Part shown: one piece after another, positions 37,408-46,690 of the stretch
Numbering within the stretch: the stretch's first letter is position 1
Layout: each line of letters starts with the position of its first letter
Assembly (NCBI GenBank): GCA_964396715.1
Contig: CAYNFQ010000003.1
Span: forward strand, 565-64,564
Length of the DNA stretch: 64,000 nt
Origin: an uncultured Gammaproteobacteria bacterium
Lineage (GTDB): Bacteria > Patescibacteriota > Microgenomatia > Daviesbacterales > UBA10151
Direction of reading: 5' to 3'
The notes under the pieces: generated by a model
Told to the model about the DNA's origin: nothing
What the model saw: only the letters and a program-made list of their open reading frames with translations
Databases searched by the model: none
Made by a program: the position numbers and the translations under genes

Positions 37408-37800
37408 CTACTTTTCCTCCTTTTTTTCTGCTTTTTCAGTTTTGACATTTGACATTTGAGATTTGAGATTTAAATCGTCCGTTAGGACGATTTTAATATG
37501 ACTCATTCTTCTTTTGAATGGCTTGACTCTGCCTCTGGTGCCTGCTCTAAATCTCCTCATCTTCATACTTTCATCAACCTCCAGTTTTTTGAAAACCACC
37601 TTATCTGCATCTAATCCTGCAACTTTGGCATTTGCCAAAACTGTTTCCATGGCTTTTTCCAGATCTTTTGCAGCATATTTTGGTGTGACTCTAAGTATTG
37701 CCAAAGCCTGACTGGGGTTCATCTTTCGCACCAGATCAGCCACCAACCTCAATTTCCGAGGTGAGGTGTGTATATATCGTTGTATTGTTTGTATTTCCAT
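37408..37800 (-). CDS. rplV: 50S ribosomal protein L22; the C-terminus is encoded by a heptamer array plus a GC hairpin
   Basis: PRKLRLVADLVRKMNPSQALAILRVTPK. Confidence 0.9.
   Translation of the reverse strand: MEIQTIQRYIHTSPRKLRLVADLVRKMNPSQALAILRVTPKYAAKDLEKAMETVLANAKVAGLDADKVVFKKLEVDESMKMRRFRAGTRGRVKPFKRRMSHIKIVLTDDLNLKSQMSNVKTEKAEKKEEK
37441..37490. repeat. (TTTGACA)x2 (TTTGAGA)x2 + hairpin tcgtcc-gtta-ggacga, encoding the L22 C-terminus and lying just before the rpsC RBS
   Basis: Seen directly. Confidence 0.85.
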
Positions 37801-37813
37801 AAATACTGAAAAA

Positions 37814-38101
37814 TTACGTCTTCGCCGTAGATTTTTCAGTCACCTTTCCATGACCGTGGAATTTTCTGGTCGGCGCAAATTCACCTAAGTAGTGACCTAC
37901 CATAGACTCTGACACAAATACAGTGACAAAGTTTTTCCCCTGATGAATTAAAAATGTATGTCCCACAAACTCAGGGGGGATTTGCGACCTTCTGGCCCAG
38001 GTTTTTATTGGATCTTTTTTACCAGCAGCCCCTTTTTGCTTCATTACTTTCTCAAGTAATTTTGCATCAATATATGGTCCTTTTTTAGTTGATCTGCTCA
38101 T
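37814..38101 (-). CDS. rpsS: 30S ribosomal protein S19. True start is [10 protein letters not shown] at 38101; the ORF-track extension is spurious.
   Basis: [11 protein letters not shown]...[12 protein letters not shown]. Confidence 0.9.
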   Translation of the reverse strand: MSRSTKKGPYIDAKLLEKVMKQKGAAGKKDPIKTWARRSQIPPEFVGHTFLIHQGKNFVTVFVSESMVGHYLGEFAPTRKFHGHGKVTEKSTAKT

Positions 38102-38868
38102 TACTTTCTCCTTTTCAAAATATATTTGTTGGTCCATTTCTTTTTATTTCTGGTTTTACCAACAGCAGGACGGCCGTATTTGGTCATTGGCCTTTTTCTG
38201 CCAATTCCGGACCTTCCTTCTCCTCCTCCATGAGGATGGGAATCCGGATCCTGAGCCACACCTCTAACAGTCGGTCTAATGCCCATATGTCTCATTCTGC
38301 CTGCTTTTCCTATCACTCTTGCCCTAAACTCTTCATTCCCTAAAACCCCCACAGTTGCCAAAGATTGCAAAGGTACCATTCTAATCTCTCCGGAAGGCAA
38401 TTTCAAATGAGCAAATCCACCTTCCTTGGCAAGAAGCTGCAAAGCAACTCCCGCAGATCTGCCCAGCTGCCCGCCCCTTCCAGGAACGAGTTCTACATTA
38501 TGCACCAGGGTGCCCACAGTTAAATTCTTTAACTGCATTGCATTGCCCGCTCTTGCCTCCACTTTTTCACCTGATTCAACTTTATCTCCAACTTGCAACC
38601 TTGATGGAGCAAGTATGTACCTAAACTCCCCATCCGTATATTTAATTAGAGCAATACCAACATTTCTATTTGGATCATAGTCTACTGAAACAACCTCACC
38701 TGAAATTCCAAACTTATCTCTTGTAAAATCAATTTCCCGCCAGTATCTTTTGTGTCTGCCGCCCTGACTGCGCACTGTCACCATTCCACCAGCTGATCTT
38801 CCAGAGTGTTTCTTAAGTAATGTTTTTAAATTTTTTATTGTTAACTTGTTACTTGTTACTTGTGCCAT
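38101..38868 (-). CDS. rplB: 50S ribosomal protein L2
   Basis: [11 protein letters not shown]..., [10 protein letters not shown]. Confidence 0.9.
   Translation of the reverse strand: MAQVTSNKLTIKNLKTLLKKHSGRSAGGMVTVRSQGGRHKRYWREIDFTRDKFGISGEVVSVDYDPNRNVGIALIKYTDGEFRYILAPSRLQVGDKVESGEKVEARAGNAMQLKNLTVGTLVHNVELVPGRGGQLGRSAGVALQLLAKEGGFAHLKLPSGEIRMVPLQSLATVGVLGNEEFRARVIGKAGRMRHMGIRPTVRGVAQDPDSHPHGGGEGRSGIGRKRPMTKYGRPAVGKTRNKKKWTNKYILKRRK
38844..38864. repeat. (ACTTGTT)x3 encoding AQVTSNKL at the L2 N-terminus
   Basis: Seen directly. Confidence 0.85.
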
Positions 38869-38869
38869 G

Positions 38870-39301
38870 TTATTTACCAGTAATCACCTTTCTTTGAGTA
38901 GTGGGCGCAGCACCTACTGCGCTTTTTTCCACTTTAACTTTTGTTCTTCCCAAAAAATCCTTTTTCTCACGAAGCTTAATCGGTTCACCTTCGGCAGTTG
39001 TAACTACAGCTTCTTCTTTTGGAGTTTCAAAGATGGCAATTTTTTCACCCTTTTTAACTTGCACTATGGCCTTTTTCAACCCCGCAGTTTTGTAAACTTT
39101 TCTGACACGTCTTTGCTGTTTTGTTTGACCTTTAATATTTAAAACCTTAACTCTTAAAACTTTCACACCAAATTTATCGGCTACGATTTTGGCAATTTGC
39201 GGTTTTGTTGCTTCTTTATTCACTTCAAAAGTGTAAAAATTAGCTTGTGCAAGCTTCATTGATTTTTCAGTAATAATAGGTCTTTTGATTAAAATATTCA
39301 T
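38870..39301 (-). CDS. rplW: 50S ribosomal protein L23 (C-terminal extension)
   Basis: ITEKSMKLAQANFYTFEV... Confidence 0.85.
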   Translation of the reverse strand: MNILIKRPIITEKSMKLAQANFYTFEVNKEATKPQIAKIVADKFGVKVLRVKVLNIKGQTKQQRRVRKVYKTAGLKKAIVQVKKGEKIAIFETPKEEAVVTTAEGEPIKLREKKDFLGRTKVKVEKSAVGAAPTTQRKVITGK

Positions 39302-39304
39302 ATT

Positions 39305-39332
39305 CTTGTTACTTGTTACTTGTTACTTGTTA
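39305..39332. repeat. (CTTGTTA)x4 spanning the rplD stop (encodes ...KVTSNK*) and the rplW RBS/start
   Basis: Seen directly. Confidence 0.9.
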
Positions 39333-40083
39333 CCTTTCCACTTAACCTTTCCACTGCCTCTTTAGTGATCAGTAACATGTCGTGTCTTAAGATCTCATAG
39401 GCATTTATCAAATCCGCAGGTAATGCACTCATTCCTGGAATATTCCTAACAGCTCTTACCACATTGTCCATCTTTTCTGCTGTAATGATTAATGCACTCG
39501 CAGATTTTTGTTTCTTGTCTGATGACTGCGGGCCCCCGAAGGGGAGAACGACTGACGACATTAACTTTACCATCTCTTTTGTTTTACCAGAAGCCTTTTC
39601 TATCCCTGATATTCCTAATATTCCCTTATTCCCCAACTTGTCAGATAAAGCAGCCATTAAAGCCGCTTTTTTCATTTTCTTGGGTAAATCTAATTTTACT
39701 TTGCGGGGTTTCGGCCCAAACACAATCCCTCCTCCCACAAAAATTGGGGCTCTGATCGCACCGTGTCTGGCTCTGCCTGTGCCTTTTTGTCTCTGGATTT
39801 TGGCTGTTGAACCGACCACCTCACCTCTGGTTTTGGTGTTACCTGGTTGAGTTTTTTGATTAGCTGTATAAACTCTTAAAGCCTGGGCTAGTAATTTTTT
39901 ATTAACCTCTCCTCCAAAAATTTCTTTAGGGAGTGATAAAGTCCCAGTTGATCTACCTGCTAGGGAATAAACTGGAACTGATAATTTTGTTTGTCGTTTA
40001 TCGTTTATCGTTTTTCGTTCTGCTTTTTGTGATTTTACGATAGACGATTTACGATTAACGATTAACGATTTCTTAACCGGCAT
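39316..40083 (-). CDS. rplD: 50S ribosomal protein L4, with an N-terminal extension encoded by inverted heptamer arrays and a C-terminus ...KVTSNK
   Basis: L4 core LSVPVYSLAGRSTG...TQPGNTKTRGEV. Confidence 0.9.
   Translation of the reverse strand: MPVKKSLIVNRKSSIVKSQKAERKTINDKRQTKLSVPVYSLAGRSTGTLSLPKEIFGGEVNKKLLAQALRVYTANQKTQPGNTKTRGEVVGSTAKIQRQKGTGRARHGAIRAPIFVGGGIVFGPKPRKVKLDLPKKMKKAALMAALSDKLGNKGILGISGIEKASGKTKEMVKLMSSVVLPFGGPQSSDKKQKSASALIITAEKMDNVVRAVRNIPGMSALPADLINAYEILRHDMLLITKEAVERLSGKVTSNK
39995..40071. repeat. Two oppositely oriented heptamer arrays (CGTTTAT-type and ACGATTA-type) encoding the N-terminal extension of L4
   Basis: Seen directly. Confidence 0.75.
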
Positions 40084-40855
40084 CTTGTACTCCCTCCTTC
40101 ACATCTGCCTTCTGACTCTCTGATCCACCGACTGCCTGGCTTGCTGAGTTTTCAGAGTTTTCCGGACTTTCTTCCTCCTCAGATGCCTTTTCCTCAGGCG
40201 GAGGAGTATAACCTTTAATCCTGCCAAGTTTTGTAATGGTAACCAATTCTCCGCTTGCGCCTGGCACTGCTCCTTTAATAACAACTAAATTATTTACTTT
40301 ATCCAGCCCCACAACTTCCAAATTCCTGGTTGAAACAGTGGCTGAGCCCATATGCCCTGCCATTTTCTTGCCTTTATAAACCCTGCCCGGAGTGGTGCCT
40401 GAACCAATTGCCCCTGGAGCGCGGTGCCTGTCTGATTGACCGTGAGTTTTAGGGCCTCCGTGAAATCCGTGTCTTCTGACACCGCCCTGAAAGCCTTTGC
40501 CTTTGGAGGTTCCTGTGACTTTGACAGCATCTCCAATTGAAAAAACCTGGTCAAGTTTTACTTCTTGTCCAGGTTTCAAATCTCCCCAATCTCCCTGATT
40601 ACCCTTAATCTCCCTAAACCAACGGATGGGTTGTTCTACCCCTATTTTTTTACCAAGTCCGAGTTGAGGTTTTTTTACAGACTTTTTTGTGCCGAGCCCC
40701 AGTTGGATCCCGTCATAGCCATCTTTGCCATCTTTACTCTTTAGTTGTGTTACTAAATTTGGCTGAATTTCCACCATAGTAGCTCCCACCCGTCTACCAC
40801 GGGAATCATAAGTACTGGTCATGTTTTTCTTAATTCCTAATAAACTGTTTATCAT
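40073..40855 (-). CDS. rplC: 50S ribosomal protein L3 (acidic C-terminal tail)
   Basis: GTKKSVKKPQ...L3 signature FQGGVRRHGF. Confidence 0.9.
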   Translation of the reverse strand: MINSLLGIKKNMTSTYDSRGRRVGATMVEIQPNLVTQLKSKDGKDGYDGIQLGLGTKKSVKKPQLGLGKKIGVEQPIRWFREIKGNQGDWGDLKPGQEVKLDQVFSIGDAVKVTGTSKGKGFQGGVRRHGFHGGPKTHGQSDRHRAPGAIGSGTTPGRVYKGKKMAGHMGSATVSTRNLEVVGLDKVNNLVVIKGAVPGASGELVTITKLGRIKGYTPPPEEKASEEEESPENSENSASQAVGGSESQKADVKEGVQDAG

Positions 40856-41071
40856 ATTTTTTGCACTAAAAAGAGTGAGGCCTTCGACTATACTCAGGCT
40901 CTCACTCAGTATCTCGCTTTTACACCGCCGTATCGGATTGCGACGCCAAGTCAGACTTGGCTGTCGAGTTTGACTCGACGCGCGATCAACTGAAAATGTA
41001 TCCGACTATAAATTAACCACTTAAGATGGTCATGTGCAGAAATTGTAGCAGAGAGCAAATTCAAATGCAAG
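40856..41071 (-). promoter_or_regulatory. Structured, GC-enriched leader upstream of rplC, containing two hairpins (gagtgagg...cctcactc and gtcgagtttgactcgac). Possible S10-operon-type autoregulatory leader.
   Basis: Two clear inverted repeats in an otherwise AT-rich genome, directly upstream of the rplC start. Confidence 0.3.
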
Positions 41072-44000
41072 CTAACTTTGTTTTCGGTAATACCAGAAGC
41101 TAAACAGAGCCGCCAAGGTAATAGTTAATATCACTAACCACTTATTTTTAATCAATGAATCAACCACAGTTGGTGTTTGTTGAAATGCTTGCGCTTCCCC
41201 TAATACCTCAGGTGTTTGAGTGGGTACATCGCTCTTTTTTACCTCTTGGGTAATTTCTGCCGAGGTGGTGGTCTCTCCCAAAACACCCGGGGCAAATCCT
41301 GCTGCCGGTTCGCTAACCACTGCGCCTTGTGGTGTGGCTGACAGTTCATTGGAAAAATCCCCCGGGGCGCAACCATTACCTGCTCTTGCCCTAAAATAAT
41401 AGGTAGTTCCTCCGGAAAGCCCCTGGACAGTATATGAAGAGGTTCCGGGACCACCAATATTGGGGTTACCATACTGTTGTTGCCCGGAGGTAAGTCCGTA
41501 AGTTGCCAGGTAATAGCTGACAGGATCTTTAGCTTTGCTCCAGTTTAAGATGACGCTATTTACTCCACCGATTGCAGACAGAAGAGTAGGTGCGCTGCCG
41601 GGTTTTGCATCAGAGCAAACAGGCGGCGTGCCGCCTCCGCCGGCAGAGGAAAGCGCCTGGGTGGTTGAACCAGCAGCAGATGAGGCTGCAACTGTGCGGG
41701 TGGTGGCATAATATGAGGCTTTGGTGGCTGTAAATGTACAAATTCCTGCAGCCACTGTACAAGTTGCCGGAGCCACAATCCCATCCGAAGTCCAGCCTGA
41801 AGAAGTATTGGTGGAGCGTACCACGTTGAGGGTTTGACCATTTAAGGAAGTACCTACAAAAATATTCAAAGTAATGGCCTGGCTAAATTCCAAACCAAGA
41901 TTGGGAACACCCCACTGCAAGGCCCCCTCAACCGTGGTACCTGAGCTAAATCCGGACAAAGCACCGCTTGAAACATTGGCTGCAGCCAGCAGGGTGGAGT
42001 CAATATTGCCGCCTCCTGCTTTGGAGATAGTGGTACCTGAAGGCAATATCACATTGCTGGTCCCACCAGTTACTGCCACTGTCATAGTCATCTGCTGATT
42101 GACATTGACTGATGGGGTAGCAGCCTGGTTGGTGGTACCAGTTGGCAGGGAAAAAATTCCGCTGGAGAAAAAGGTGGCCGGACTAAAATCAGTTGCAGAA
42201 ATTGTTGAGGTGCTCAGTGTGGTGCGGGCCTCATCCGTATAATAGGGCCTGTATTTGACATTATTACTCACGCTATCCCCTGTACCTCCTGAATTGGTGG
42301 AATGAGTGGGTCCACTTTGAGAACCCCACCAGTTGTGAGAAGCAGTGACCAGCGTTACCCCTGCTTCTGCAGTTACCCCATTTCCGTTATTTCCAGAAAT
42401 TTGCGAGTTTTTAATAGTAACATTGCCTCCATTAACCTGAACTGCTATATCGGCATTGGAAAAGTTGATCTTTTCAATCGTGACAGTGCCTGTGGTAATT
42501 GTTAAGGCTGGCTCTCCGCTTGTTTCCTCCCAGATGGTAGTATTGCCCGCTCCCTTAATGGTCAGGTTTTTGGAAACAGTAACCGCCTCATCAAAACTTC
42601 CGGCCAAAATATTAACTGTGCCATTACCCGCTACAGCATTAACTGCCCGCTGGATAGTCAGGAAAGGATTAGATGCTACTCCGCTGGCTGTATTGTCATC
42701 CCCGGTTGGGGAGACATAAACATTACTGTTGATGTCAAACTGGGAAAAATGGCTGGTGGTGAAAGTAAGTATGCCACCAAATTCTCCGGGAGTAAATGAT
42801 AAATCCCCCGAAATAGGATAATTTGAGCTGGATGGAGGGATTTCACTACCGCTGTCATCTTTAACAATCAGAGCTGGTGTATCTGTGATGCCCAAACTAT
42901 CCAGGCCGTACATGGCGAGCGTGGCACCGGCATTTTTCAAATCCTGGGCGGTTCGGGCATCAAAACCAATTTTTCCCGCCTCTACCATCTCCAGTTTACT
43001 GCCCAGGTTTTGCAACAAGGTTTTGGTATTTTGGCTGGTTAAATTTAGAGTGGCGCTAAAAGTGATTTTCCCTTTGCCTGCTTTTTCAAAATAGAGGCCG
43101 GATGCAGCCGAGGGATTGTCAAGATCACCCAAATTTGTCGTTATGCCGGAGGCATTGATAGTGGAAACCAAACTGGCTATGGAAGGAGCCGGCGAACCAT
43201 TAAACCAGCCTTTGGTGGGAGTTGCGGCAGTAGACCAGGTTGCACCACCATCAGCAGTTCTGGCAATTGATGATCCGGCAGCCGGATCAGAGGCGGATAC
43301 TGATTGAGCATTGACAATGGTCGAGCTTGATTTTTGATAAGTAACCTTGTCTATCTCTGATCCTGAATTATTTTTTAGGGTGATTCTGTCTCCGTCCCCA
43401 TTAGAACTAAGATTATTTAACCAAGCAGCGCCTGTATTTTCGTAGACCACAACCCCCTGGGCAGGAATAGTCCCCAGTCCAGAGAGGCTTTTGGTCGTAT
43501 TTGCCTCATCAACGAGTGTCCAGCCGGTCAGTGAAATGTCGGCATTTGTTTTATTAAAAAGCTCCACCCACTCGTTCTGACCCGCTGACGGATGATACAC
43601 AAACTCATTAATTACTACGCTGGCTGTGCTTTCATCAAAAGGAGTAGCCACCCCTGAGGCAATAGTCCCCACTACCACAAAGACGGTAAAATGATTAAGT
43701 CCTGTGATAGTCAGGGTTTTATCTCCAGGAGTGACCCCGCCCAAGGTAACAAAGCTTTGGCCGTCTTCCGAGGCTTTTACCTCCACATTGTCCACAGTGG
43801 GAGTAGGTAAGGTTAAGGTATATTCAAAAGTGCCGTCTTGCATATCAGAGGAGATATCATAAGCAGTCTTTGACAAGGCCCCACTTTCTGCCATCTGTTT
43901 ATCAGTTAAAATAATCTCTTTGATAGTTACTTTGCCTGGAGAATCTGGAAGTTTATTAAATTTAACTGTGACTTTACTATTTTGAGGAGCTGTATAGGTT

Positions 44001-44317
44001 TTATCCAAAACTACGTTATCTTGAGTGATTACCCCTCCATCTACTGCCTGCCAGTCAGAAACAGGCACTGGATTCTCAGAAGATGTAGCTGCAGAACCGG
44101 ATGCTTCAGCTGGTAATGGGCTGAGACTTGGGCTGGGTTGAGGATCGTCAGTTGTGGTGGCAGAGGGAGTAGCTTCTACATTTTCCTCTGTCACTATCTG
44201 GGCAGACGGAGAAGCTTCTTGGGCATAAACTGGAGAAATCATTACCGGAATAAAAGAATTAAGCAGCAGGGACAAACCTGCCACAACTGAAATTATTTTT
44301 TGTCTGAATTTGTACAC
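41072..44317 (-). CDS. Large cell-surface protein with a signal peptide, a lamin-tail (LTD) domain, right-handed beta-helix repeats, a fibronectin-III-like domain and a C-terminal TM anchor
   Basis: LTD signature INEFVYHPSAGQNEWVELFN; NosD/pectate-lyase-like repeats (VSKNLTIKGAGNTTI..., NVTIKNSQISGNNGNG); FN3-like YYFRARAGNG; C-terminal hydrophobic anchor WLVILTITLAALF. Confidence 0.6.
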   Translation of the reverse strand: MYKFRQKIISVVAGLSLLLNSFIPVMISPVYAQEASPSAQIVTEENVEATPSATTTDDPQPSPSLSPLPAEASGSAATSSENPVPVSDWQAVDGGVITQDNVVLDKTYTAPQNSKVTVKFNKLPDSPGKVTIKEIILTDKQMAESGALSKTAYDISSDMQDGTFEYTLTLPTPTVDNVEVKASEDGQSFVTLGGVTPGDKTLTITGLNHFTVFVVVGTIASGVATPFDESTASVVINEFVYHPSAGQNEWVELFNKTNADISLTGWTLVDEANTTKSLSGLGTIPAQGVVVYENTGAAWLNNLSSNGDGDRITLKNNSGSEIDKVTYQKSSSTIVNAQSVSASDPAAGSSIARTADGGATWSTAATPTKGWFNGSPAPSIASLVSTINASGITTNLGDLDNPSAASGLYFEKAGKGKITFSATLNLTSQNTKTLLQNLGSKLEMVEAGKIGFDARTAQDLKNAGATLAMYGLDSLGITDTPALIVKDDSGSEIPPSSSNYPISGDLSFTPGEFGGILTFTTSHFSQFDINSNVYVSPTGDDNTASGVASNPFLTIQRAVNAVAGNGTVNILAGSFDEAVTVSKNLTIKGAGNTTIWEETSGEPALTITTGTVTIEKINFSNADIAVQVNGGNVTIKNSQISGNNGNGVTAEAGVTLVTASHNWWGSQSGPTHSTNSGGTGDSVSNNVKYRPYYTDEARTTLSTSTISATDFSPATFFSSGIFSLPTGTTNQAATPSVNVNQQMTMTVAVTGGTSNVILPSGTTISKAGGGNIDSTLLAAANVSSGALSGFSSGTTVEGALQWGVPNLGLEFSQAITLNIFVGTSLNGQTLNVVRSTNTSSGWTSDGIVAPATCTVAAGICTFTATKASYYATTRTVAASSAAGSTTQALSSAGGGGTPPVCSDAKPGSAPTLLSAIGGVNSVILNWSKAKDPVSYYLATYGLTSGQQQYGNPNIGGPGTSSYTVQGLSGGTTYYFRARAGNGCAPGDFSNELSATPQGAVVSEPAAGFAPGVLGETTTSAEITQEVKKSDVPTQTPEVLGEAQAFQQTPTVVDSLIKNKWLVILTITLAALFSFWYYRKQS

Positions 44318-44336
44318 TCAGGGATTATCCTACATC

Positions 44337-44377
44337 TTAACTTCAATATCAACGCCGGCTGGGATTTCTAAATGCAT
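44337..44377. repeat. Duplicate of the rpsJ 3-prime end (would encode [15 protein letters not shown]). It is about 85% identical to 45035-45077, and all differences are synonymous.
   Basis: Alignment by eye of the two segments. Confidence 0.75.
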
Positions 44378-44480
44378 TTACTTTCTAATTTGATGGTAGA
44401 CTGCAATAAACTGTCCAGTAAGCTCCCTTTGTATATCTTTTGGGAGAGTCTTCCCTAATTCTTTTAGATACTTCTTACCA

Positions 44481-44643
44481 TTAAAAACCATTAAAAATTT
44501 CCAGTAAAACTGGTTCACCATCCTTATCAACACTGACTACAGAATTTTCTGTCTCATAAGAATCATCAATCTTCTTATTGGAAAGTTGAATCATTAAAAT
44601 ATCAACATCTGGACTGTAACTAATCCTATTTTGTACTTTCATA
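44481..44643 (-). pseudogene. DUF2283-family small gene interrupted by a +1 frameshift (MKVQNRISYSPDVDILMIQLSQ* then out-of-frame ...NKKIDDSYETENSVVSVDKDGEPVLLEIFNGF)
   Basis: Manual translation. The extra C in ctttcccaataag breaks the frame. Confidence 0.35.
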
Positions 44644-44729
44644 TCTACCTCTCAATAAAATTATATCACGGACAAAAATTTCGCGATCGAGAATATAATG
44701 AAAATAAAATGCCCACCCTTGGGGTGGAA

Positions 44730-45014
44730 TTATATTGAAGGGTGTCTAAGTCTCCTCAGTGCTCTGTGTTCAAGACCCCACACAGATGAGGGAGTTATCT
44801 GCATCTCTTGGCCAATATCCGCAAGCGTCCTTGACTGTCCAGTTTTCAAACCAAACCGTTCGCGAAGAACAAAGCTTTGTTTAGTTGTAAGTCTACTTAA
44901 TACTTCTTCTACTTGTTGCTTTAATTTTCCTCTATCTCGAGGATGACTTTGTAAAAATGCTTCCAGTGCTGCATCTTCTTGATCTTGTCTTCCAAAATTT
45001 GGACCTTCTACCAT
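44730..45014 (-). CDS. Standalone sigma-70 region-4 (RpoD C-terminal) fragment, 94 aa
   Basis: LTTKQSFVLRERFGLKTGQSRTLADIGQEMQITPSSVWGLEHRALRRLRHPS is collinear with RpoD region 4.1/4.2 (REAKVLRMRFGI...[28 protein letters not shown]). Confidence 0.55.
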   Translation of the reverse strand: MVEGPNFGRQDQEDAALEAFLQSHPRDRGKLKQQVEEVLSRLTTKQSFVLRERFGLKTGQSRTLADIGQEMQITPSSVWGLEHRALRRLRHPSI

Positions 45015-45031
45015 ATTAACTTCATTTTATA

Positions 45032-45340
45032 CTACATTTTAACCTCAATGTCAACTCCGGCTGGGATCTCAAGATGCATTAGGGAATCAATGGTTTTTTG
45101 GGTGGGCTCAACAATATCCAAAACTCTTTTGTGGGTTTTTATTTCAAAAGCTTCTCTGGAGTCTTTATCCGTATGAGGAGAGGTTAAAACTGTAATTCTT
45201 TCTGTTTTGGTAGGTAAGGGAATGGGGCCGACAATTTTAGCACCGGTTCGAAGGGCTGTATCCAACAGGGACTCACAGGTGTGATCCAACACCCGATGGT
45301 CATAACTTTTCAGTTTTACTCTGATTCTTCCTCTTGGCAT
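45032..45340 (-). CDS. rpsJ: 30S ribosomal protein S10
   Basis: [15 protein letters not shown]...[13 protein letters not shown]. Confidence 0.9.
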   Translation of the reverse strand: MPRGRIRVKLKSYDHRVLDHTCESLLDTALRTGAKIVGPIPLPTKTERITVLTSPHTDKDSREAFEIKTHKRVLDIVEPTQKTIDSLMHLEIPAGVDIEVKM

Positions 45341-45465
45341 AAAATTGTTATTCCCCTTTCAATGTACAATTATATCTTATTGTTCGAACGTAGTGAGAAC
45401 CTACCTTAAAAACTATTATAATCTTTAAGGAAACTTCTCGCTAATCGCTCGAAGAATAATTGAGA

Positions 45466-46650
45466 CTAGGCTATGATTTTTGTAATCACACCGGCTCCAA
45501 CAGTTTTTCCACCTTCACGAACGGCAAATCTTAAGCCATCTTCCATAGCCACAGGTGTAATTAATTTTCCAGTAACTTTGACTGTATCTCCCGGCATAGC
45601 CATTTCCACACCTGCTGGCAATTGGACTTCACCTGTCACATCAGTGGTTCTGATGTAAAATTGCGGCCTGTAGCCTTTGAAAAATGGAGTATGTCTTCCA
45701 CCTTCTTCTTTAGAAAGAATATAAACTTCTGCTTCAAACTCGGAGTGGGGTGTAATTGAACCCGGTTTTGCCAAAACTTGACCGCGTTCCACATCATCTT
45801 TTTCAATTCCACGAAGCAAAATTCCGGCATTGTCTCCGGCCTCACCCTGATCAAGCATCTTATGAAACATTTCAATGCCTGTCACCACGCTTTTTTTGGT
45901 TGGCCTGATCCCCACAATTTCAATTTCCTCATTTACTTTGACAACTCCTCTTTCAATTCTGCCGGTCACTACAGTACCTCTGCCTTTGATGGAGAATACA
46001 TCCTCCACAGCCATTAAAAACGGCTTGTCTTTATCCCTTACAGGTGTTGGAATCCACTCATCAACTTTGACCATCAGCTCCTCAACAGCCTTAACAGCTT
46101 CCGGATCACCTTCTAAGGCTTTTTTGGCAGAACCTCTGATGATGGGGGAGTTTGGATCATATTCATATTTTTTCAAAAGATCCCTGACCTCTTCCTCAAC
46201 TAAATCCAACAGTTCCGGATCATCAACCATGTCTACTTTATTAAGAAAAACTACAATGGCTGGAACTCCCACCTGGCGGGCTAGCAGCAAATGTTCTCTA
46301 GTTTGTGGCATTGGCCCATCAGGAGCGGAAACCACTAAAATGGCGCCATCTGTTTGGGCAGCGCCGGTGATCATGTTTTTGATGTAATCTGCATGACCGG
46401 GCATGTCAATGTGAGCATAATGCCTTTTTTCAGTTTCATATTCCTGATGAGATATATTAATGGTAATTCCGCGGGCTTTTTCTTCGGGGGCATTGTCAAT
46501 TTGATCAACTGACCTTTTTTCTGCCAAACCTTTAGCTGCCAAAACATTGGTAATTGCAGCAGTCAAAGTGGTTTTACCATGATCAACATGACCCATGGTG
46601 CCCACATTAACGTGTGGTTTTGATCTATCAAATTTTTTCTGGTCGGCCAT
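45466..46650 (-). CDS. tuf: Elongation factor Tu
   Basis: [31 protein letters not shown]. Confidence 0.95.
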   Translation of the reverse strand: MADQKKFDRSKPHVNVGTMGHVDHGKTTLTAAITNVLAAKGLAEKRSVDQIDNAPEEKARGITINISHQEYETEKRHYAHIDMPGHADYIKNMITGAAQTDGAILVVSAPDGPMPQTREHLLLARQVGVPAIVVFLNKVDMVDDPELLDLVEEEVRDLLKKYEYDPNSPIIRGSAKKALEGDPEAVKAVEELMVKVDEWIPTPVRDKDKPFLMAVEDVFSIKGRGTVVTGRIERGVVKVNEEIEIVGIRPTKKSVVTGIEMFHKMLDQGEAGDNAGILLRGIEKDDVERGQVLAKPGSITPHSEFEAEVYILSKEEGGRHTPFFKGYRPQFYIRTTDVTGEVQLPAGVEMAMPGDTVKVTGKLITPVAMEDGLRFAVREGGKTVGAGVITKIIA

Positions 46651-46666
46651 AATTTCCTTATTGTCA

Positions 46667-46690
46667 TCCTGAACTTGATTCAGGATCTAT
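46667..46690 (-). promoter_or_regulatory. Hairpin atcctgaa-cttg-ttcaggat immediately upstream of the tuf RBS
   Basis: 8-bp stem seen directly. Confidence 0.3.

Noticed and set aside
45340-45466. Shared motif GG(A/T)AACTTCTC(G/A)CT...TCGAAGAATAA at 45420-45455 and 47190-47225
   Set aside because: Only two copies, and they do not form a clear hairpin. It is possibly a promoter or terminator-associated motif, but a function cannot be supported from sequence alone.
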